DNA from: Muribaculaceae bacterium
GTDB taxonomy: Bacteria > Bacteroidota > Bacteroidia > Bacteroidales > Muribaculaceae
NCBI GenBank assembly: GCA_017478265.1
Contig: JAFVDY010000011.1
Location: forward strand, 1 to 43,422
Length of the DNA: 43,422 bases
Reading direction: 5' to 3'
The notes beneath the pieces were generated by a model. The model saw only the letters and a program-made list of their open reading frames with translations, was not told the DNA's origin and searched no databases. The position numbers were made by a program, and so were the translations under genes. Each line of letters begins with the position of its first letter. Position 1 is the stretch's first letter. Positions 36,589-43,422 of the stretch are shown in pieces.

Positions 36589-37827
36589 ATGAAAATTAGC
36601 AACATATTACTCGCCGTCGCGGTGGCGGCAATCACCGCTATAGGCCTCGAGGCGCAGAATGCGGTCACGCCCTATTCGCGCATCGCCTATGGTATCCTGA
36701 ACGACAACCTTACGGGCATTCAGCGCTCGATGGGCGGCGTGGGCATCGCTATGCAGAACGGCAGACAAATCAACGTGGTCAACCCGGCGAGCTATTCGCA
36801 GGTCGACTCGCTCACGTTCCTGTGGGATGTGGGCACTCACCTGTCGTTCAACTGGTCGCAGGAGAACGGCAAGCGCGGGCGCACCATAGGCGGCGGCCTT
36901 GACTATCTCACCGGTGAGTTTCGCATCGCCCGGGGGCTGGGCGGCGCCTTCGGCCTCGTGCCTTACTCGAGCGTGGGCTACACCTTTGGCGGAAAGATTG
37001 ACAACGGCAAGGAGACGCGTGTGGGCAGCGGCGGCCTGAGCGAGCTGTTTGTGGGCTTCGGCTATGAGCCGGTGAAGGGACTTAGCATCGGAGCCAACGT
37101 GTCGTATCTGTTCGGTACCATCACCAACGAGACTCAAATCGCCACGGCCTCGACGTCGCAATTCCAGCGCGTGACCGAGGTGCGCGACTGGAACATAAAG
37201 GTGGGCTTGCAATACGGCGTGAACGTCACGCCTAAAGATCGGCTCGTGCTCGGTTTCACCTATCAGCCCAAAAAGTATTACCACGGCCACGCCTGGGGCA
37301 CCTACTACGATATAGCCAACGACACCAAGGCCGACACCGTGGGCTTCTGTCCGCTCAAGGGCAACTACGAGCAAGCGGCGGGCTACGGCGCCGGACTGAG
37401 CTACACGCGCGACAACCGGCTGACGCTCGAGGCCGACTTCCTCTATCAGCAATGGAGCAAAGCGAAATATCGCGCCATCACCGGTTATGAGGCCGACGAT
37501 ATGACGTTCGACGACCGCTGGAAGGCCTCGTTCGGCATAAGCTACACACCCGACCCGCGTGGCAACTACCTCAACCGCATGACCTATCGCATAGGCGGAT
37601 TCTACAATCACGACTATATCAACGTGCGCGACAACAACGTGCGCGATTATGGCATCGGGCTCGGTTTCTCGTTCCCGGCGCTGGGCGGCAAAACGCTCGT
37701 CAACCTCGGCTTCGAGTGGCGCCACCGCTATTCGGCTCCGGTGCTCTACATCAAGGAGGATATATTGAACATCACGCTGAGCGTCAACTTCAACGAACTC
37801 TGGTTCTGGAAGAACAAGATACGCTAA
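36589..37827 (+). CDS. Outer-membrane beta-barrel protein (FadL/PorV-like superfamily)
   Basis: Signal peptide, TPYSRIAYG, SMGGVGIA, NPASYS, amphipathic strands, C-terminal FNELWF. -7 element TACCTTTG at 36549. Confidence 0.82.
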   Translation: MKISNILLAVAVAAITAIGLEAQNAVTPYSRIAYGILNDNLTGIQRSMGGVGIAMQNGRQINVVNPASYSQVDSLTFLWDVGTHLSFNWSQENGKRGRTIGGGLDYLTGEFRIARGLGGAFGLVPYSSVGYTFGGKIDNGKETRVGSGGLSELFVGFGYEPVKGLSIGANVSYLFGTITNETQIATASTSQFQRVTEVRDWNIKVGLQYGVNVTPKDRLVLGFTYQPKKYYHGHAWGTYYDIANDTKADTVGFCPLKGNYEQAAGYGAGLSYTRDNRLTLEADFLYQQWSKAKYRAITGYEADDMTFDDRWKASFGISYTPDPRGNYLNRMTYRIGGFYNHDYINVRDNNVRDYGIGLGFSFPALGGKTLVNLGFEWRHRYSAPVLYIKEDILNITLSVNFNELWFWKNKIR

Positions 37828-37831
37828 CGCC

Positions 37832-38419
37832 ATGCCTCGTCGTAGCCGCTACACATTAGCGTTCGTGTTCTCGCTCATCGCCCTCTGCGTGCTCGTCGCG
37901 TGCAAGGAGGACGAGACTTCGATTGTGGCGCATAAGACCAACCCCAACCTTGTGCCCACCATGGTGAGCAACCATGTGCAGACTGTCATCAGCGACTCCG
38001 GCATCACGCGTTACCGCATCACCACGCCGCGGTGGGAGATGTTTGAGGAGGCTAAGGAGCCGCATTGGATTTTTCCACAGGGTGTGATTGCCGAGGAATT
38101 GATGGCGCCCACCTTTTCGGTGGTCACTCAGCTCAAATGCGACAGCGCCTACTACGACGAGCTTAAGCAGCTATGGAGCCTCAACGGCAACGTGAGCATC
38201 ACCAACGGCGACGGCACCATTATCCTCACCGACCAAATGTACTGGAACCAATTGGAGCACGAGCTGTATAGCGACGCTTTTATTCACATCGAGCGGCAGT
38301 CGCAGATAATCGAAGGTTATGGCTATCGTAGCGACGAGAGTTTCAAGAACTACACCCTGCGGCAAGTGAAAGCCATTGTCCCGATCGACGAGGACAAATT
38401 CCCGCGCGGAGGGAGGTAA
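37832..38419 (+). CDS. lptC: LPS export ABC transporter periplasmic protein LptC
   Basis: Lipobox LVAC, ISDSG, FPQG, CDSAYY, LNGNV, TDQMYWN, YSDAFI. Confidence 0.88.
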   Translation: MPRRSRYTLAFVFSLIALCVLVACKEDETSIVAHKTNPNLVPTMVSNHVQTVISDSGITRYRITTPRWEMFEEAKEPHWIFPQGVIAEELMAPTFSVVTQLKCDSAYYDELKQLWSLNGNVSITNGDGTIILTDQMYWNQLEHELYSDAFIHIERQSQIIEGYGYRSDESFKNYTLRQVKAIVPIDEDKFPRGGR

Positions 38420-38422
38420 ATT

Positions 38423-38485
38423 AATTAGAAATTATAAATTAGGAATTCAACATCTTACATTTTACATCTTCCATCTTCCATCGAA
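38423..38485. repeat. Bipartite heptamer array (second copy)
   Basis: aattagaaattataaattaggaatt...catcttacattttacatcttccatcttccatcgaa. Confidence 0.75.
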
Positions 38486-38488
38486 TAA

Positions 38489-39769
38489 GTGAGCTACCTC
38501 ATTATCACCATATTAGCCATCGTGTTCTCGGGATTTTTCTCGGGAATGGAAATCGCGTTCGTCTCGTCCAATAAGGTGAAGGCGGAGATTGACGCGGGCC
38601 GAACCGACCTTATCAGCCGAATTATCAACATCTTCTATACCCATCGCGACAATTTCATCTCCACCATGCTCGTGGGCAACAACATCGTGAATGTGGTCTA
38701 CGGTATCAGCTTCGCGATGTTGCTCGAGGAACATTTACAAGTATGGCTCAATCACAACGAGGCTTTGGTGCTTATCGTGCAGACGGTGGTTTCGACACTA
38801 ATCATTCTGCTGATGAGCGAGTTCCTGCCAAAGTCGGTGTTCCGCATCAACCCTAACCACTCGCTGCGCGTGTTCGCCATTCCGCTCTATCTGTGCTACT
38901 TGGTGCTATATCCCATTTCGCGCTTCACCACCTTCTTGAGCAACGCCATCATGCGCCTGTTCGGCATCAAGAAGGTCAACAACTCGTTCTCGCGTCTGTC
39001 GATCGACGAGCTCGACAACTACCTGCAGGAGAATATCGACCGCCGCGAGGATCAACACCGCGAGGTGGAACGGGAGGTGAAAATATTTGAGAACGCGCTC
39101 GACTTTAGCGACACGCGATTGCGCGACTGCATGATTCCGCGCAACGAGATTGTGGGGGTCGACATCGCCGAGAGCACGCGCGACGAGCTGATAGAGGAAT
39201 TTACCAAAACAGGGCTGTCGAAACTCGTGGTGTATCACGACGACCTCGACAATGTGCTGGGTTTCATACAGGTGAGCGAACTTTTCGTTACCGACGCCAA
39301 CTGGAAGGACCACGTGAAGCCCGTGCTGTTCGCGCCCGAAACCATGCTCGCCAAGAAGATGATGCAGTCGCTGCTCAAGGAGAAGAAGTCGATGGCAATC
39401 GTCGTCGACGAGTTCGGCGGCACCGCCGGCATGGTTACGCTCGAGGATCTGGTGGAGGAAATCTTCGGCGAGATTGAGGACGAGCACGACCGCCGGCATC
39501 TGGTGGCGCGCCAAATCGACGACAACACCTACGAGCTGTCGGGACGAATGGAGATTGAGGCCGTCAATGAGCAATTCCACCTCGACCTGCCCGAGAGCGA
39601 TGACTACAACACCATAGCGGGCTTCATAATGGAGCGCCACGAGGCTATCCCCAACACCGGCGAGGAGCTCACCATCGACCGGTTTAAGTTCAAGGTGCTG
39701 AAGAAATCCGGCGCCCGCCTCGAGCTACTGCGCCTTACCCTCGCCCCCGACGCCGAGTCGGCCGAGTAA
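38489..39769 (+). CDS. Hemolysin/CNNM (HlyC/CorC) family protein: DUF21, CBS pair, CorC domain
   Basis: [53 protein letters not shown]. Confidence 0.94.
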   Translation: MSYLIITILAIVFSGFFSGMEIAFVSSNKVKAEIDAGRTDLISRIINIFYTHRDNFISTMLVGNNIVNVVYGISFAMLLEEHLQVWLNHNEALVLIVQTVVSTLIILLMSEFLPKSVFRINPNHSLRVFAIPLYLCYLVLYPISRFTTFLSNAIMRLFGIKKVNNSFSRLSIDELDNYLQENIDRREDQHREVEREVKIFENALDFSDTRLRDCMIPRNEIVGVDIAESTRDELIEEFTKTGLSKLVVYHDDLDNVLGFIQVSELFVTDANWKDHVKPVLFAPETMLAKKMMQSLLKEKKSMAIVVDEFGGTAGMVTLEDLVEEIFGEIEDEHDRRHLVARQIDDNTYELSGRMEIEAVNEQFHLDLPESDDYNTIAGFIMERHEAIPNTGEELTIDRFKFKVLKKSGARLELLRLTLAPDAESAE

Positions 39770-39818
39770 CGCCCATCATATCCTCGTTTTATTTTCAGTC
39801 AACGCATCTATTGTATTG

Positions 39819-40637
39819 TTATTGTTCATCATGAGAAGTAATGTATTTACGGTTAGGATTGTTGGGACTAGTCGTTGTAGGTCTGAGAACTCCTAATGAC
39901 ACAAGTCGGGTTGTGTATTGTTGTCGCGTTTTGAATTGGTTTTTCAGTCCGAGCATGTCTAAAATTTCTTGTGCGGTGCGCGGCGTTTCATCGCAGAACT
40001 CCAAAACTTTTCGCTGTTTTGTCGTCAAGCGAGCTCTTTTATTTTCTTGCGGAGCTTGGTTACTTTTTCCGTCTAGGTCAGTTACTTTTGCTCTTCTGTA
40101 GATGATGGTGCGGAAATCTTCGGCCTGAATAAATTCAGGCGAGCATAGTCCATATTGCTCACACGCGGCAATTATATCGGTTGTGCCGGTGCCCAAATGC
40201 TCGATATATCCGGCAAGAAATAGCGGATGAGCTATGACAGGGTTCGTGGGTTCGGAAGAATGAACCTCACGGAGTTTATGTACTGTAAAACCATCAGGAA
40301 GTCTGCCCGGATTCCAAACTTCAAGGCGATCGCGGAACAGCATAACTTGTACACTCCCATTGCTGCTGTAATCACGATGAGCTACAGCATTAGCAATCGC
40401 TTCGGCAACAGCGCTTTCCGGTAATTCATACTGAACAGGGGCGTCCACCGATTGATTGCGCGTTCCGACACGGGCATCAATGCGCGACATAACGAAACCT
40501 ACAGCCTTGTCAATCATCTCGAATAGCGAACCGGTAAAAACCTGATAGTTGCGGATTGGTTTCTCGACTTTAGTGCCATAGAATTGCGCACAACGCACCT
40601 CCGATGTGCGGAAAAACTGTTGAGAATTATTTCCCAT
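39819..40637 (-). pseudogene. Probably 5'-truncated ATPase/transcriptional regulator (HATPase_c_4 'RecG C-terminal' domain + wHTH)
   Basis: EAIANAVAHRDY, DRLEVWNPG, NPVIA, YIEHLGTG and a C-terminal HTH. The ORF begins mid-domain, without the usual N-terminal AlbA_2/DUF4062-type region. Confidence 0.6.
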
Positions 40638-40732
40638 TCTCTACACTCCTCATGCAAATAGGAGCCGCTGGTGCGTAGAAATTTATCAAAATTTTATACA
40701 AATTATGCAAATTATTCCAAATTTGAGATAAA

Positions 40733-41419
40733 TTATAAGTCTTCGCCATTAGCTTGGTTATACCCATTGTCATAGTACATTACTATAAAATACATTCCAA
40801 ATAAACTTTCTATTTTAAACCAGACTGTTTTTTTATTTATAATATCAAATGTCCTTTCAGAAACAGCAGAAGCAATTTCCTTTTTTATCTCATCCGAAGG
40901 GTTATTCAGTTGTTCCTTTGTATATTTGCTTGACAATTCTTGTATTATTTCATTAGTGATTGATTTAAAATCCAACTTCGTAGTATCTGGCACTTGATAA
41001 AAAACAGCTTGATAAATCTTATTATTTACATTCATCTCATACGAAATATTCTCATAATCAGATAAATATTGTTTACCGAGACTTATGTATTTCTTATTTT
41101 TTTCAAATTGACTGACAAGATTGTTAAATCGAACCTTGATATTAGCTTCGTCCAGCTTAGCGACGTCGCAAAGCATAATGCGATACACTTTTTTGTTGTT
41201 AGTACCGATAAAAAGATCTACTTTCACACCATTGAATTCTCCTGAAAAGTATTCTTGGCCGGCTTCCATTTTTGGAGAGAATCCTTTGGCTATGATTTTC
41301 TTCCTCATTTGCGATTTAGTTCCATCAACCGGAATTCCTAAAAAGGTAGTTACATCTTGCGCTAATGCAGAAAAAGGTAAAAGAAATAGCACAAGTAGTG
41401 ATACAATTTTTAGTCTCAT
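40733..41419 (-). CDS. Secreted hypothetical protein (AT-rich)
   Basis: Signal peptide ending ALA-Q, then VTTFLGIPVDGT; 228-aa ORF. Confidence 0.8.
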   Translation of the reverse strand: MRLKIVSLLVLFLLPFSALAQDVTTFLGIPVDGTKSQMRKKIIAKGFSPKMEAGQEYFSGEFNGVKVDLFIGTNNKKVYRIMLCDVAKLDEANIKVRFNNLVSQFEKNKKYISLGKQYLSDYENISYEMNVNNKIYQAVFYQVPDTTKLDFKSITNEIIQELSSKYTKEQLNNPSDEIKKEIASAVSERTFDIINKKTVWFKIESLFGMYFIVMYYDNGYNQANGEDL

Positions 41420-41423
41420 AATT

Positions 41424-41867
41424 TTATTGTTTTACAATTTCAACTCGTGCTCCAAGCACATTGGCTATTTTAGAGATGATATCTAACCCAACAGAAAACT
41501 TACCGGCTTCGATACGACTAAAGTTTGCCGCATGTAGTCCTGCAAGCGCTGCCACATCTTTGGCGGGCATGTTTTTCTCTTCGCGTAGTTGTTTAATTCT
41601 ATGTCCAATCCTTATTCGTTCCTCCATTTTATCACTTGTCCATGATGCAAATGTAATACCAACATTCATTTGAAGATCGCAAAAGACAGCATAAATCATC
41701 GAAGATTTATCATCAGAAAAATGTTTATCAAAACTTTTAGCAAGAAAATCAGCAATTGAGTATTGCATAGTTTCATGTATGGGAATATTAAATACTAACG
41801 TATATTGCTCTCCCGACAAATCTGTCACGACAAGCGTTTTATTATCCTTATAATTGGTCTTTGACAT
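41424..41867 (-). CDS. XRE-family HTH regulator with N-terminal extension
   Basis: C-terminal RIGHRIKQLREEKNM...ANFSRIEAGKFSVGLDIISKIANVLG; ATG at 41867; -7 element at 41912-41919. Confidence 0.85.
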   Translation of the reverse strand: MSKTNYKDNKTLVVTDLSGEQYTLVFNIPIHETMQYSIADFLAKSFDKHFSDDKSSMIYAVFCDLQMNVGITFASWTSDKMEERIRIGHRIKQLREEKNMPAKDVAALAGLHAANFSRIEAGKFSVGLDIISKIANVLGARVEIVKQ

Positions 41868-42175
41868 AATCAAATAATCAAAATAATTAATATTTTACAT
41901 CTTAATCGGTGCAAAATTAATAATAAAGGTTAAATTAGCAAATAAAATAATTATCTTTTTTGCCAATTATTATATAAAACTACCTATTTGGTGAACGTAA
42001 TGTATATTATAGGCCAAAACTTGATACTGATAGCGATTGCAATACGAGCAACGCAAGTGTGGTTGCATTCGCCCAATTCGCTTAAGCGAATACCAGATAT
42101 CAATATTCGCGTCGGATTCATAATGGAGCCCGCAGCCGAAGGATGCGCACAAACCTCCATGCACTGTTCCACGCT

Positions 42176-42816
42176 CTTGCGCCCCGCCGGGGCGCGGGAG
42201 AAGGATGGTGAAGCTCGCACGACACAGGGGCTGCGCGCTATGCGCTTGCCTCCTGCCTGAACTCCTAAGCGCCTCCGGCGCTTTGCAGCACCCCCACACC
42301 ACTGTCCCACCCTCTTCGATGTAAGATGGAAAATGTAAGATGTAAGATGTGTCAACCAGTGTCCCTCCCGCCGCCTGTAGGGGCGACGTATGCGTCGACC
42401 GGGTGCCGCAACCCATTGAACACCAATGCTATGCGCTGCGGTCGACGCATGCGTCGACCCTACAATCGCCTGCCGCGTGTATTGTCCCACCCATCAATTA
42501 ATACCCCGAAGGGGTAACAGTACATAGGCCGGGGTAAGCGCAATGCGCGCAACCCCAGTGCCGCCGAGTGACCAACGCATCCCATCGCACGCCGAAGGTG
42601 TGCGAGTAAAAAACCGCCAGATAGTGTCCCACTGTCCCACATCGCCCCGAACGTCCGGAGGCCGTACCATTGTCCCACATCGCCAATGCCGCCGGAACGG
42701 CGGATCCTTTTAATAACTCCACCCTAAGGAGCCCTTGCGACGCAGGGTGGGGCCATCAAACAGAGAAAACCGTCGCCCGACGGGCGACCCCTATTTATCC
42801 CCACCCAGTGTCCCAC
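42176..42816. repeat. Composite palindromic repeat mosaic (BIME-like) upstream of the rRNA operon
   Basis: Related inverted modules 42176-42282 and 42504-42605, heptamer module 42316-42350, REPIN 42377-42463, six TGTCCCAC linkers, palindrome GTCGCCCGACGGGCGAC near 42772-42788. Confidence 0.8.
42377..42463. mobile_element. REPIN-like element (second copy, inverted relative to 31307-31392)
   Basis: GTAGGGGCGACGTATGCGTCGACC...GGTCGACGCATGCGTCGACCCTAC. Confidence 0.75.
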
Positions 42817-42904
42817 AAAAAATTCGTTGTAACAAATTCGTCGACAAAAAAATAAAAAGTTGTTTAAGTTGTTCCCCCGTTGTCGCAAAGTTGTTGTTTT
42901 AAAA

Positions 42905-42952
42905 CGTCCGCAAAACCGCCCGCAAAACCGTCCGCAAAACCGTTCGCAAAAC
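42905..42952. repeat. 4 x 12-bp tandem repeat CGYYCGCAAAAC
   Basis: cgtccgcaaaac cgcccgcaaaac cgtccgcaaaac cgttcgcaaaac. Confidence 0.9.
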
Positions 42953-43031
42953 AAACCCCGCGAAAATGCTATCCCATTTCACCTAATTTATGTCCTATTG
43001 CGGCAATCCCCGAAAAAAAATGCCGAAAAAT

Positions 43032-43062
43032 TTTGTCAGTTAAAAAAGCCGTTGTAATTTTG
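43032..43062 (+). promoter_or_regulatory. rRNA operon promoter
   Basis: TTTG (43032-43035), 19-nt spacer, TAATTTTG (43055-43062): the full Bacteroidetes consensus. A boxA-like GTTCATTGAAA follows at about 43118. Confidence 0.75.
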
Positions 43063-43383
43063 CACCGCTTTTCGGCTCAAAAACGGCGAAAACGCCGCGA
43101 AAAAAGCCTAAAGCGGAGTTCATTGAAATGTTTGCGATACTATTGTTAAGATGATTCGATAGAGCAATTGTAGTACAAGAGTAAGGAAGATTGTTCCCGT
43201 CGAGATTCTTTTACAGGTTAAGATACAAGAAGCGTAAATTCGGTCCAATCGTGGCCGGGATGAGTCGGCGCCCAGTCGGTTCCACACCTTATATAATATA
43301 TATCGTGCGGCACCGTTCAAACGAGGCGACGCGTTCTTTTCGACAAGTACAAAAACGAGATCTAATAAAGATTAGATAAATTA

Positions 43384-43422
43384 ACAACGAAGAGTTTGAT
43401 CCTGGCTCAGGATGAACGCTAG
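43384..43422 (+). rRNA. rrs: 16S rRNA, 5' end only
   Basis: AGAGTTTGATCCTGGCTCAG (27F site, 43391-43410) followed by GATGAACGCTAG. Confidence 0.97.

Noticed and set aside
36607-37833. 408-aa minus-strand ORF
   Set aside because: Antisense shadow of the outer-membrane protein gene, caused by GC-rich codon bias; no recognisable motifs.
1-43422. tRNA genes, intact integrase or IS transposase
   Set aside because: None recognised by eye; tRNAscan-SE and ISEScan would be needed to exclude them formally.

Overview
A Bacteroidales chromosomal segment (Muribaculaceae-like by inference) that very probably spans the replication origin. Three observations point to this: a DnaA-box cluster with an AT-rich unwinding element upstream of nadA (25790-26180), two parS palindromes near uvrC/apt/mnmG, and an rRNA operon pointing away from the cluster whose 16S gene begins at the right edge. 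The GC-rich core carries housekeeping genes (uvrC, apt, mnmG, ybeY, ruvB, pnuC, folK, nadA, der, trmD, lptC), an NfeD-SPFH pair, an AraC-TolC-HlyD-MFS efflux locus and a FecCD/ABC pair. The most interesting parts are four. (1) An AT-rich island at the left end, where a ~220-nt rod-like structured leader precedes three tandem zinc-ribbon/membrane-anchor genes with unrelated exported domains; it also holds a 25-aa hydrophobic microprotein and a serine-recombinase remnant. (2) A CxxC/His-rich leader ORF ending in the ribosome-arrest motif RAPP at the head of a TonB-dependent uptake operon. (3) A modular dispersed-repeat system of GTGGGACA linkers, REPIN-like GTAG palindromes and heptamer arrays. 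(4) A collapsed antitoxin/YafQ-like toxin relic. All calls are made by eye from sequence motifs; no database searches were run.
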